DNA of 59,648 nt, taken from positions 1 to 59,648 of the forward strand of contig JAFGJZ010000185.1 in NCBI GenBank assembly GCA_016928815.1. Reading direction: 5' to 3'. Both the position numbers and the translations under genes were made by a program. Below are positions 10,140-19,829 of this stretch, in pieces; position 1 is the first letter of the stretch; every line of letters starts with the position of its first letter. The notes beneath the pieces were generated by a model. The model ran no database searches. It was not told the origin of the DNA and saw nothing but the letters and a program-made list of their open reading frames with translations. The stretch is from Spirochaetota bacterium. GTDB lineage: Bacteria > Spirochaetota > UBA4802 > JAFGJZ01.

Positions 10140-12536
10140 ATGAAATTCAAAGAAGCTCAATCAATTCTGGAATGGGAAAAAATTATCGACCTGCTCGCAG
10201 AAAAAGCTGAAACTGATTCCGGTAAAAGTTTCATCCGCAATCTCTCAGTATGCACTGATGAGGAAATACTTGAACGCATAAATTCAGCGGAAGAAATAAA
10301 AAAAGCATTTCTTGAAAATCTGCAATTCCATTTCTCAGGTATAAGAAATATTAAAGAATTGTGCCGGAGGGCATCTAAAGGAAGCATTCTCAGATTTGAG
10401 GAAATATTCGATATCAGGCAGAGTTTGACAGGATTTAACAGAATTAGAAAATTTCTTAAATCAAATCATGATTTTTTTCCATTACTGACAGAATATGCCG
10501 ATCGAATTGATAAACTGCCGGACCTTGAAAAACTGTTAACGGATTCAATCACTGACAACTGCGAACTGAATTTAAACAGATATCCGGTAATATCAAAACT
10601 GCATCAGAAAATAGACTCAGTTAAGGATGAAATAATCCACAAAATCAATAAAATGTTTTCAGACAAAAATCTTGATTCCGTTTTTCAGGAAAAGATTCAC
10701 GATATACGCTATGGACGGTACGTCGTACTTGTGAAAGCAAATATGAAAGGCCGCATTAAAGGAAGCGTTCAGGATGTTTCTTCAAGCGGATCAACCTTAT
10801 ATGTTGAACCCGAATCACTTTCACATATGAATACCGATCTTGTGCTTGCAAAGAACAGACTTGAAAATGAAATAGAAAAAATACTTTACGACCTGACGAT
10901 TGAAACTGGAAAATATTCGGAACAGCTGCTTCATAATCAGGAAATAATTACTTACCTCGATTTCCTGAAGGCATCCGCAAAATTCAGTCAGGAAACAAAC
11001 GGTAATAAATTTACGGTTGCTGACAAACCGTATCTTAATCTTTACAATGCCAGGCATCCCCTTCTGCAGATTTACCAGGAAAATGTTGTTGCCAATGACA
11101 TCGAAATCGGCAAAACAAAAAAATGCATAATAATTTCCGGTGCAAACACAGGAGGAAAAACCGTTCTTCTCAAAACAACAGGCCTGATTTTATTAATGGC
11201 AAAGCACGGCCTTCATATTCCATGTTCGGCGGATAGTGAAATAGGATGTTTCACGGAAATCATGGCGGATATAGGAGATGATCAGAATCTCAGCAGATCT
11301 CTTTCGACATTTTCCGGACAGATCGAAAAGATCAAGGAGATGCTGGTCGATGCGGATGATAGGACATTGATTCTTCTTGATGAAATAATGTCAGGGACAA
11401 ATCCGCGTCAGGGATCCGCTCTGGCTGCGTCAATACTGGAGGAACTTGCGTCTAAAAATGCAAAAATTATTGCAACGACACATTATCCGGAACTGACATC
11501 TCTGGCTCTGGAAAATGATGATTTCGCTAATGCCTCAGTTTCATTTGATACTGAAACCCTATCAGCAACATACAGACTGCATATGAATATTCCGGGTTCA
11601 AGTTATACCCTTGAAATTGCAAAGATATATCAAATCCCTGAATCAATCATTGCAAGAGCCGTCAAACGTATCGGTGAAACGGAACTGTCGGTCGAATCCC
11701 TGGTAGAAAAACTTCATAAGCTTGAGATTAATCTCAACGAGGAGCAGAGGAAAACAGGTGAATTGAACTCAAAAATTGAAGCTGACAGAATACAGTTTGA
11801 AGTTCTTAATAAACAGCTTAATGAAAACATAAAAAATACAAAAGAAATGGAAGGAATTGATTTTCTGGACAAACTCAGAAGTTACAAGGAAAAAATTTCA
11901 CAGCATATGAGGGATCTTCACAGGATGAATGCATCCGAGGCATCAGCACTGAATGAAGAACTTTTAAAAACCGAATCTGAGATAATGCAGAATGTCACTT
12001 CGGTTCAGAATGAAAAAACAAAGCCTGGATACAATTCATTTGATGTCAAACTCGCCAGAACGGGAGACTTTATATTTGTCAAATCACTTAATAAGGAAGG
12101 GAAACTGATTTACATTGACACTGCCAACGGTAAAGCAGAGGTTCTGCTTGGAATTATGAAAGCACGCTATAATTTTAATGAACTGCTTCTTAAGAAAAAT
12201 ACGGAACCCGGCACAATAGCGGCAGCTGCGGCTTCCAGATTTAAGAAAAACACAAAGCAGGAATCTGAAATACCATTTACGATGCAGACTGCGTACAATA
12301 CCATTGACCTGCGCGGTAAACGCGTTGATGAAGCACTTGCATTTATGGAAAAGGAAATCGATACGATGCTGATGAAAAAAATTAGCTGCATAATAATAAT
12401 TCACGGACACGGAAGCGGCGCCATGAAGGAAGCTGTAAGATCATATCTGAAACTGTCACCTTACACAGATAATTTCCGCCCGGGAGAAGCAGAAGAAGGC
12501 GGTGACGGCGTTACAATTGCCCTGATTAACAGTTAG
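10140..12536 (+). CDS. mutS2: Endonuclease MutS2
   Basis: SSSGSTLYVEP, ARHPLL, SGANTGGKT, DIGDDQ, SLSTFS, TTHY, C-terminal Smr IDLRG..IIHGHG..EGGDGVT. Confidence 0.95.
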   Translation: MKFKEAQSILEWEKIIDLLAEKAETDSGKSFIRNLSVCTDEEILERINSAEEIKKAFLENLQFHFSGIRNIKELCRRASKGSILRFEEIFDIRQSLTGFNRIRKFLKSNHDFFPLLTEYADRIDKLPDLEKLLTDSITDNCELNLNRYPVISKLHQKIDSVKDEIIHKINKMFSDKNLDSVFQEKIHDIRYGRYVVLVKANMKGRIKGSVQDVSSSGSTLYVEPESLSHMNTDLVLAKNRLENEIEKILYDLTIETGKYSEQLLHNQEIITYLDFLKASAKFSQETNGNKFTVADKPYLNLYNARHPLLQIYQENVVANDIEIGKTKKCIIISGANTGGKTVLLKTTGLILLMAKHGLHIPCSADSEIGCFTEIMADIGDDQNLSRSLSTFSGQIEKIKEMLVDADDRTLILLDEIMSGTNPRQGSALAASILEELASKNAKIIATTHYPELTSLALENDDFANASVSFDTETLSATYRLHMNIPGSSYTLEIAKIYQIPESIIARAVKRIGETELSVESLVEKLHKLEINLNEEQRKTGELNSKIEADRIQFEVLNKQLNENIKNTKEMEGIDFLDKLRSYKEKISQHMRDLHRMNASEASALNEELLKTESEIMQNVTSVQNEKTKPGYNSFDVKLARTGDFIFVKSLNKEGKLIYIDTANGKAEVLLGIMKARYNFNELLLKKNTEPGTIAAAAASRFKKNTKQESEIPFTMQTAYNTIDLRGKRVDEALAFMEKEIDTMLMKKISCIIIIHGHGSGAMKEAVRSYLKLSPYTDNFRPGEAEEGGDGVTIALINS

Positions 12537-12543
12537 AAAAAAT

Positions 12544-12572
12544 TTGACTTTACCCTGATATTAAGATAAATT
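12544..12572 (+). promoter_or_regulatory. Putative sigma70 promoter of the outer-membrane protein gene
   Basis: TTGACT-17 nt-TAAATT upstream of an AGGAGG RBS. Confidence 0.5.
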
Positions 12573-12601
12573 ACTTAAGTAAAAATAAATCAGGAGGACT
12601 T

Positions 12602-13183
12602 ATGAAAAAACTAATTTTTACTGCAATACTTGCCGTTTTCCTTATGCCGGCATCAGTATTTGCTCTTGTCAACGCAGAGGTATACGGAGGATATTCTTTT
12701 GCAGGGGAAATATCAGATACTGACATTGATTCCGTAAAAGGTCTTGGTTACGGTTTCCGCGCGCATTATTACGATGAAATTCTTATTCTGGGATACGGTA
12801 TTGGAGGATTTGCCCAGTATACTCCGTTAAAAGGAGAGATTACGATTCTTAACAATACTGAGGACGTAGAATTTAATAAAACTGTTTACGGGTTTGACGG
12901 GTTTCTAACCCTGAATGTACCGCTTTTGCCTCTTCACCCTTATGTCCGCGGCGGTTTTTCAATTTATGATAAAACCCAAATTGTATATCCGTCGGTAGAT
13001 GATACAAATGTGGAATATTTCAGTTCTTATTACGGAGGTGTAGGACTCAGTCTTGGAATACTGCCGCTTCCCGTTTTAAGTGTACAGATATTTGCAGAAT
13101 ATATTTATGAATATTCCGCACTGCAGGACAGTTCAGAATTCACAGGACATAAAGTGAACATAGGAGCTTTAATCAGAATCTAA
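12602..13183 (+). CDS. Putative outer-membrane beta-barrel protein
   Basis: Signal peptide, alternating Gly/aromatic strands (PYVRGG, YYGGVGLSLG, FAEYIY), terminal amphipathic strand. Confidence 0.7.
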   Translation: MKKLIFTAILAVFLMPASVFALVNAEVYGGYSFAGEISDTDIDSVKGLGYGFRAHYYDEILILGYGIGGFAQYTPLKGEITILNNTEDVEFNKTVYGFDGFLTLNVPLLPLHPYVRGGFSIYDKTQIVYPSVDDTNVEYFSSYYGGVGLSLGILPLPVLSVQIFAEYIYEYSALQDSSEFTGHKVNIGALIRI

Positions 13184-13198
13184 ATCTGAATTTCATAA

Positions 13199-13223
13199 GA
13201 GGATGGTATTTTCGGCCATCCTC
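13199..13223. terminator. Hairpin between convergent genes
   Basis: GAGGATGG-9 nt-CCATCCTC. Confidence 0.55.
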
Positions 13224-13225
13224 CG

Positions 13226-15775
13226 TCATATATTTACAATATCTGACAGAACCTTTAATACATGCTCCAGATTTTCCACAGATCTCTTATGAATTACACT
13301 GTATCTCTTTGATTTATATTCCTCTTCAACGGCACCCATCCGGGCTGCTTTTTTCAGGGCAGAATTATAATTAGCAGCGGATAAAGATTCCGGTACACTT
13401 ACCTGATCTGTAATATACTGTTTCATACCGAATTTTCTGATCTCAAGAACAAGATCTTTTTTAGTTATTGTTTTCCGTCCGATGGTTTTCAAAAGTTTAA
13501 AAACTATGTAATAAGATTCAAAAATATCAGAAATAAACCGGGCATATTCGGTAATTCTCGGCATCATTGAATCAATTATCTCAATTTTATCATCTTCAAC
13601 TCTGACAACACCGTCAGTCTGAAAATAATTCAGGAGATAATCCGAATAGATTTTATCAAAATCATGAAGACTCTCTTCCAGAACAAATTCATTTTCAAGC
13701 AGTTCAAAGAGGGAGAAAAAATTATTTTTAAGATTCTCCTTAGTCATATCAGTCTGACGGCTGCACATTATCAGTGAGCAGCTTAACATTGAAATATCAA
13801 GACAATGATGTGAAATCGTATTTTTATAGAAAGCTATTGCTGCCCGGCTTTCTTCACGGAGAATATATACACCTTCAAGCGCCTGATTTTCATCCATTTT
13901 CACTTCTTCAATTATGAAATCTTTCAAATACATTTTTATAATGCGGCTAATCTGTTTAGGCAGCATGGATTTATCCGAAATATCAGCCGCAAAAGATATT
14001 TTTTTTGTTTCAAAAAATATGTATAGTCTCAGGGTTGCAGCTTCAAGAGTCTGCTTGTCAAAGCCTTTTTTTGATAAAATAAGCATTGCTGCCGTAACCA
14101 ATGAAACAGGATTGATGGGAACCGCCCTGTTGATCCTGCGGATGATTTTATCTCCAATAGCCCTGCTCCGTTTAGCCACATCCGTTTTTTCTTCAATATC
14201 CTTAAGCGAAAAAATCTCTCCGACATTCAAATAAACCTTTCCATAATCACGTGTAAGAACCTTCAGACTTTTAAGTACTCCGCCAACAGATTCCTTTTTC
14301 TTGTCCTTTCCTTTTAATTCCTTTACGTATGAATTTTCTTCAAGCACACGGTCATAGTTAATTGAAATAGGAACAAAGAAAAGGTCTTCACTGTATCCCT
14401 CATCAACAGCTTCAATCAGATAATTTGTGATTCCGAATTTCGGAAGAACAAGACGTCCGGTTCTCGTCCGCCCGCCTTCAATAAAATACTCAAGAGGAAA
14501 TGATTCATGAACAAGTGTTTTCATATACTGGCGGAAAACAACCGGATATAGATCAAGCCCTTTAAAGGATCTTCTCAGGAAAAAAGCTCCTGAATGGCGG
14601 AAAATCTTGCCGATCGGAAAAAAAGAAAGATTTGCTCCGGCAGCAACATGCGGAGGTGTAATTCTATTCTTATAAAAAACATACGATAGAATGATGTAAT
14701 CCATATGGCTTCTATGGCATGGAACAAAAACAAGCGGTCCTTTTCTGGAGGATTCTCTTATACTTTCAAGTGAAGCCGCATCATACTCCATTCCGGAAAA
14801 AATTTTTTTGAACATCCAGTCACATATCAATTCGAAAATCTTTACATAACCAATTCGGAAATCTGCAGCAATTTCATTGTAGTATCGGTAGGCACGCTGT
14901 TTTGATTTCCGCATTTTCTTGGGGTTATCTTTTGATATTTCATCAATGCAGTTGAGTACGTTTTTATGATAAAGCACCATCTCCATCATTTCGCTTTTTG
15001 ACCGCAACACAGGACCAAGAACAATACGTTTTTCAGTGTGATAGAGGTTTAACAGTTCATCCCTTAATCTGAGTGCTGTAACAAAACTGCTTTCAGGCGG
15101 ATATTTCGAAATAAATTCCTTTAAATTAACAGGATCAATTATTGTTGCATAGGAGGGAGTTGCTGAATTCAAAAGACCGCGGATGATACCCATATTTCCC
15201 GTCGGACTGAATTTTAAAATTTTCGATGACCGTTCAGGATTACGGTTCCAGAAAATTATGTGCGGGAAAAGAAAAATAGGTTTTTCTGTCTTATGCTGAA
15301 GTTCAATGAAAAAAACCAGTGAATCATATTTTTTCTCAAGATATCGCTTGAGAAAAAATTTCTGTGAAAGAAGCGGAAACAGTACCGGTTTATTGTTCCG
15401 GATAAGATTCTCAAGATAACCTGATTCAAAAGCGTCTTTATATTTTTTTCTAAGAAAAACTTTTTTAAGCAGACGTTTAAAACGCTTATAGATAAAACCC
15501 GGTTTCTGCAGAAGAAAAGGGTTATATTCAAGAGCAAATTCCGGCGGATTAATCTCATTTCTTTTTAATAACTTATATAAAAATAAAAGTGCATAATTTG
15601 AACTTTGATATGAACAGTAAACGACATGGCCCTTTTCTGAATATTCACGGATTTTATTAATGGATGATTCGTCAATTACCGCCTTTTTTGTAATAAAATC
15701 GGCGAATGCATTTCTGAAACCAGTAAGTCTTAAATTCAATCTTCCGCTATATATTTTGTAATCATTGTTATTCAT
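13226..15775 (-). CDS. plsB: Glycerol-3-phosphate O-acyltransferase (PlsB/GPAT-like)
   Basis: PCHRSHMDY (HxxxxD), AAGANL, GAFFLRRSF, FIEGGRTRTG, PISINYDRVLE. Confidence 0.85.
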   Translation of the reverse strand: MNNNDYKIYSGRLNLRLTGFRNAFADFITKKAVIDESSINKIREYSEKGHVVYCSYQSSNYALLFLYKLLKRNEINPPEFALEYNPFLLQKPGFIYKRFKRLLKKVFLRKKYKDAFESGYLENLIRNNKPVLFPLLSQKFFLKRYLEKKYDSLVFFIELQHKTEKPIFLFPHIIFWNRNPERSSKILKFSPTGNMGIIRGLLNSATPSYATIIDPVNLKEFISKYPPESSFVTALRLRDELLNLYHTEKRIVLGPVLRSKSEMMEMVLYHKNVLNCIDEISKDNPKKMRKSKQRAYRYYNEIAADFRIGYVKIFELICDWMFKKIFSGMEYDAASLESIRESSRKGPLVFVPCHRSHMDYIILSYVFYKNRITPPHVAAGANLSFFPIGKIFRHSGAFFLRRSFKGLDLYPVVFRQYMKTLVHESFPLEYFIEGGRTRTGRLVLPKFGITNYLIEAVDEGYSEDLFFVPISINYDRVLEENSYVKELKGKDKKKESVGGVLKSLKVLTRDYGKVYLNVGEIFSLKDIEEKTDVAKRSRAIGDKIIRRINRAVPINPVSLVTAAMLILSKKGFDKQTLEAATLRLYIFFETKKISFAADISDKSMLPKQISRIIKMYLKDFIIEEVKMDENQALEGVYILREESRAAIAFYKNTISHHCLDISMLSCSLIMCSRQTDMTKENLKNNFFSLFELLENEFVLEESLHDFDKIYSDYLLNYFQTDGVVRVEDDKIEIIDSMMPRITEYARFISDIFESYYIVFKLLKTIGRKTITKKDLVLEIRKFGMKQYITDQVSVPESLSAANYNSALKKAARMGAVEEEYKSKRYSVIHKRSVENLEHVLKVLSDIVNI

Positions 15776-15952
15776 AATTTCTCCTGAACATTACTGCAAA
15801 AAGTCCTTTAATAAAGACTGCGACATTAGGACTTAATGAGTTATTTATGCAAATAAATTTTTGTTCAAACATAATTTTTATAAAATTGATCAAAAATTTG
15901 ACAAATTACAAAACAATATGACTTTAATGCGTAATTTTATAGAATAAAGTCT

Positions 15953-16633
15953 TTATTTATCAATATCATCCTTAATCGGATTTGAGGGTAATTCCGAATT
16001 CTGATATTTTTTGAGTGAATTTAGTTTACTTAACAGATGCCGAAGACTGTTATAGGTATTGTTTGACAGCACAACATATTCCTCATCAGTAATCAGGTCC
16101 TGCTGAATATATTTCGACAGATAGACATTAAGCTGCATGATTTCAGTGGAAAATTTCATCAACTGTTCCTTTTTCATTCCCCGTTTACTGTAAAGCCTCC
16201 TGCGCACATGATGAAGAATTACAGGCCAGATAGTTTTTACAGTAAGTACAAGAAGATATGGAGAAAGCAATATCAGGTTGGTTTTCAAAACCTTGAAAAT
16301 AAACAGATAACTGCCGGATTTTTGAGCAATCAGCCAGACAAGCCAGAAAAAATCAGCTGCGGCAAGTGCAGAAAAGAAAGCCAGTTTACCTTTAGGGACG
16401 CCTACAGCACTTAAACCGCTGGAAAAAAGAATCACAGCAAGAAGCAATAAAAGGACTTCGATTCCGAATAATGAATTGATTGCCTTAAATGTCATGGAAA
16501 TTGACTGAAATACCGCAGTTATCGAAGTAACAACTTTTTCAAGATCATCAAGGCTTTCTGAAAAGGAAGCAAATATTGATGCTGAAAATAAGAATGAAAT
16601 TATCAGCATGGCATGATATTTTAATTTTTTCAT
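15953..16633 (-). CDS. Hypothetical membrane protein
   Basis: 226-aa ORF with a signal-like N-terminus and several hydrophobic segments. Confidence 0.7.
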   Translation of the reverse strand: MKKLKYHAMLIISFLFSASIFASFSESLDDLEKVVTSITAVFQSISMTFKAINSLFGIEVLLLLLAVILFSSGLSAVGVPKGKLAFFSALAAADFFWLVWLIAQKSGSYLFIFKVLKTNLILLSPYLLVLTVKTIWPVILHHVRRRLYSKRGMKKEQLMKFSTEIMQLNVYLSKYIQQDLITDEEYVVLSNNTYNSLRHLLSKLNSLKKYQNSELPSNPIKDDIDK

Positions 16634-16865
16634 TAATTACTCTTTTTTTGTTATTATTATTTAATTTAAACATGAATATAATTTTGTCAACACGTTTCTA
16701 AGGTATAAAAATCACCGGAAAGTTACAATGTAAATCCTGGAACCAATTTAGAAATAAATTTTGCCTTTAATCTGACCGCAAATTCCAACAAAATTAAAAA
16801 ATTATTAAAATTTCATACAAAAACCACGTTTAATAATTAGAGACACCTCTCTAAGGATATCTTAT

Positions 16866-17321
16866 ATGAACACTTCAGCAAATGTGGATTTAAAATTTTT
16901 CAGCGAAATATGCAGAGCTGCTGATGAATTTAATTTGTCTGTTTCAGCTGTATTCCGTGATATTGCGAGTCTGACAATTCATCGGATTAAATCAGAGAAA
17001 GTTACCGGAATGATAACAGAGTATCAGGATAAAAATCCGGGGAACTGGATGACTGTTCATTATTCCTTACATCCTGATGATATTGAATTATTTACTATTG
17101 CAAGACAGAAATATAAAATTTCAATTTCAAAAATTGCTTTTATCGGTTTTATTCTTTTCTGGCATCTGCTTATTGAGAAATATACAAACAGGGATAAAAA
17201 TAAATCAGTATCAACATTAAATCTAAAAAGTTTTCTCGATAATTACGAAGAATATAAATCAAATTTAATCGAAAAAATAGAATATTTTAAAAAACGAATC
17301 AATGTTTATACGGATCATTAA
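16866..17321 (+). CDS. Hypothetical protein, DUF1564-like (ribbon-helix-helix-like)
   Basis: AT-rich ORF; TEYQ...W..VHY.L...D.E.F...R..YKISISKI pattern recalls leptospiral DUF1564 paralogues (from memory). Confidence 0.55.
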   Translation: MNTSANVDLKFFSEICRAADEFNLSVSAVFRDIASLTIHRIKSEKVTGMITEYQDKNPGNWMTVHYSLHPDDIELFTIARQKYKISISKIAFIGFILFWHLLIEKYTNRDKNKSVSTLNLKSFLDNYEEYKSNLIEKIEYFKKRINVYTDH

Positions 17322-17406
17322 AAAAAACAACACCTAACGAAAAAAACCACAATTATAACATGTAAAAAAAAACTCCACAATATAGCTGCATTAAAAAGCT
17401 GATAAA

Positions 17407-17664
17407 TCATAGATTTCTCAATAAATCTTCCATTCCATTCAGTTTAATTTCATATATCATGTCTATCATAATTTTAAGTTCACCGGACGGAATGCAGTTT
17501 CTTTTCAGCCAGATCAGATAATTTTCCGGCAGATCTTTTATATATTTGCCGCAATATTTACCGAATGGCATTTTTGCACTGGAAAGTTTATAAAAATATG
17601 CATAATCTGCTGCGGAAAACACTGATGAAAAATCGACATTATTATTAAAATTATCTTTATTCAT
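17407..17664 (-). CDS. DUF3820 family protein
   Basis: MPFGKYxG..I.DLPE.YL.W, YEIKLNG. Confidence 0.85.
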   Translation of the reverse strand: MNKDNFNNNVDFSSVFSAADYAYFYKLSSAKMPFGKYCGKYIKDLPENYLIWLKRNCIPSGELKIMIDMIYEIKLNGMEDLLRNL

Positions 17665-17773
17665 TACATAAGGATAAATAAAGAATAAAAATTGTCTATT
17701 ATAAAAATTTATTCAGTAATTTTCAATTCCTTTCGATAGTAATTATATATAAATATATTTTAGATGGTAATAT

Positions 17774-19168
17774 ATGGAAAATCTCAAGTTAAATGATTTC
17801 ACACAAATGAACTTGATGCCTGAATTTATCGGCAGCAAATCTGCGGATATCATACTGCAGAACAGCAATCAGGGTTATGCCAGGGAGAACCAGAAATCTT
17901 TTGAAAATGCTTTGAAAGACCGGATCTCTTCAGAAATCACTAAACAGTCCGAACAACCGGAACAGCCGGCAGTTCTTTCCGAGAAAGACAATGAAAACAG
18001 CAAAGCCAGGGAAAATCCGAGTTCACATTTACATGGACGGACAGCAGATACGAATTCAGAAAAACCTTTAGTTAAAAATAACTCTGCTGCTGAACCCAAA
18101 AAAATGAATTCAGCGAAATCTGAAGAAAAAAAGGATAAATCCGCGGATGCAGATTACATATCTGCTGAAAAACTGGCTGCTTTGAATACACTTATTGAAA
18201 ACCTTAAAAAACTGTTAAACTCCAAAACTTCAAAAAATAACGAAGATAATATACGTCTTGTTCTCTCCGGTAATAATAATAACCTGCAGCTTATTATTAA
18301 GGATTTCAAATCAAAACAGAATGGGAACTCTGATTTACCCGGAAAAGACGATTTAAAAAAACTATCTTCCTTAGTTGAAAAATTCAAAGATTTGAAACTT
18401 TCCGCAAAAGAGAAAACGGAAATCAGAAAAATAATTGATAACCTTGAAAATCACAAATCAGAACTAAAACTTGATAAACGGTCTACAAAAGCAATGCAGC
18501 ATGCTTCCTTATCAAAAGAAGTGCATGTAGGCAGAAATGAGGTTTTTAGCGGATTAAATGATTCTCACCCTGATTCAAAAAATACTGAAACACTGATAAC
18601 TCAGCTGAGCAAATTAAATATATCCTCTGAATCCTTCAGCAGCAGCAAAGACGGCGGTGACTCATTTGATCTTTCTGACAAAAGTCCTTCCATGTTTAAA
18701 AACATAATGGAAGCATCCAGAAATATGACTCACGGCAGCAGAACTGAAGGTTCACTGCTTTTCCGTCAGCAGCTGAATGAAATTCTTGAAAGATCAAAAA
18801 TAACCGTTAAGGATAACCGAAACAGCAGCATTATAATGAAACTGTTCCCGGAAAAACTCGGCCATCTTAATGTAAATATGGGACTTGAAAACGGAGTTTT
18901 GAACGGGAAATTCATGGTCGAAAGCGATGAGGCCAAACAGCTGCTTCAGAATGATCTTCAGACGCTCAGGACAGCACTGGAAGAGGCCGGAATAAATGTC
19001 GGTAGCTTCGAAGTCAACGTCAGAAACGGACAGCATCAGAAAGATACAAACGAAGAAATGAATTACAATAACGGAATTTATTTTTCAGATTTTAAAGAGG
19101 AAGCAGTAGAAAATTACAGAATAAATGAAAATGATTATAGATCGCAACATCTTAATATGGTAATATAA
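17774..19168 (+). CDS. fliK: Flagellar hook-length control protein FliK
   Basis: Low-complexity N-terminus; C-terminal KLFPEKLGHLNV...L..L..AL...GI; directly upstream of flgD-flgE. Confidence 0.88.
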   Translation: MENLKLNDFTQMNLMPEFIGSKSADIILQNSNQGYARENQKSFENALKDRISSEITKQSEQPEQPAVLSEKDNENSKARENPSSHLHGRTADTNSEKPLVKNNSAAEPKKMNSAKSEEKKDKSADADYISAEKLAALNTLIENLKKLLNSKTSKNNEDNIRLVLSGNNNNLQLIIKDFKSKQNGNSDLPGKDDLKKLSSLVEKFKDLKLSAKEKTEIRKIIDNLENHKSELKLDKRSTKAMQHASLSKEVHVGRNEVFSGLNDSHPDSKNTETLITQLSKLNISSESFSSSKDGGDSFDLSDKSPSMFKNIMEASRNMTHGSRTEGSLLFRQQLNEILERSKITVKDNRNSSIIMKLFPEKLGHLNVNMGLENGVLNGKFMVESDEAKQLLQNDLQTLRTALEEAGINVGSFEVNVRNGQHQKDTNEEMNYNNGIYFSDFKEEAVENYRINENDYRSQHLNMVI

Positions 19169-19180
19169 GGAGTATATAAT

Positions 19181-19747
19181 ATGGATGCAGTTCAATCAAC
19201 AAGTCAAAGGCTTAATTTACAACTGACACCCCAGCAGAAAATGATTGCTGAGCAGCAGGCTAATGAAGTAAATCAGGTCCATAAGGGTAAAGGAAAAAAC
19301 TACGGTGAATCTCTTGGTAAAGATTCTTTCCTGAAACTGCTTGTAACTCAATTAAAACATCAGGACCCTACCAAACCGATGGAAGACAGGGAATTCATTG
19401 CCCAGATGGCACAGTTCTCCTCACTTGAACAGATGAATAATATGTCCAAAGAATTAGAAAAACTGAATCTTAATTCCAAAGCCGGTGAAGCCTACTCTTT
19501 AATAGGTAAATATATTAATGCATTTGATTCAGAACACGCAAAAGGTATTTCCGGTGAAGTAAGCCACATTATTAAAAAAGGAAACGAAATTCTGGTCGGA
19601 GTAGATGATTATGAAATCCGTCTTGAAGATATCGCGGCTGTTTATCCTGCCGGTAAAAATAATGGTGAAACAAAAGTAATTAATCTTGAAGATACACTTA
19701 AAAAAGCAGCAGCAAATGAATATGACAAAAATGCAGCGATAAATTAG
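19181..19747 (+). CDS. flgD: Flagellar hook capping protein FlgD
   Basis: LGKDSFLKLLVTQLKHQDPTKPM, FIAQMAQFSSLEQM. Confidence 0.96.
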   Translation: MDAVQSTSQRLNLQLTPQQKMIAEQQANEVNQVHKGKGKNYGESLGKDSFLKLLVTQLKHQDPTKPMEDREFIAQMAQFSSLEQMNNMSKELEKLNLNSKAGEAYSLIGKYINAFDSEHAKGISGEVSHIIKKGNEILVGVDDYEIRLEDIAAVYPAGKNNGETKVINLEDTLKKAAANEYDKNAAIN

Positions 19748-19829
19748 AATTATTCTAATCGATTTTATAGAATGATTCGATATTAATAAAGCTTGGATCA
19801 ACCAAATAATTTTTAGGAGAATATCCGCC

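Noticed and set aside
15804-15837. Riboswitch or attenuator upstream of plsB (AAGTCCT...AGGACTT)
   Set aside because: Short stem with a large loop and no recognisable aptamer; could be a weak terminator or chance.
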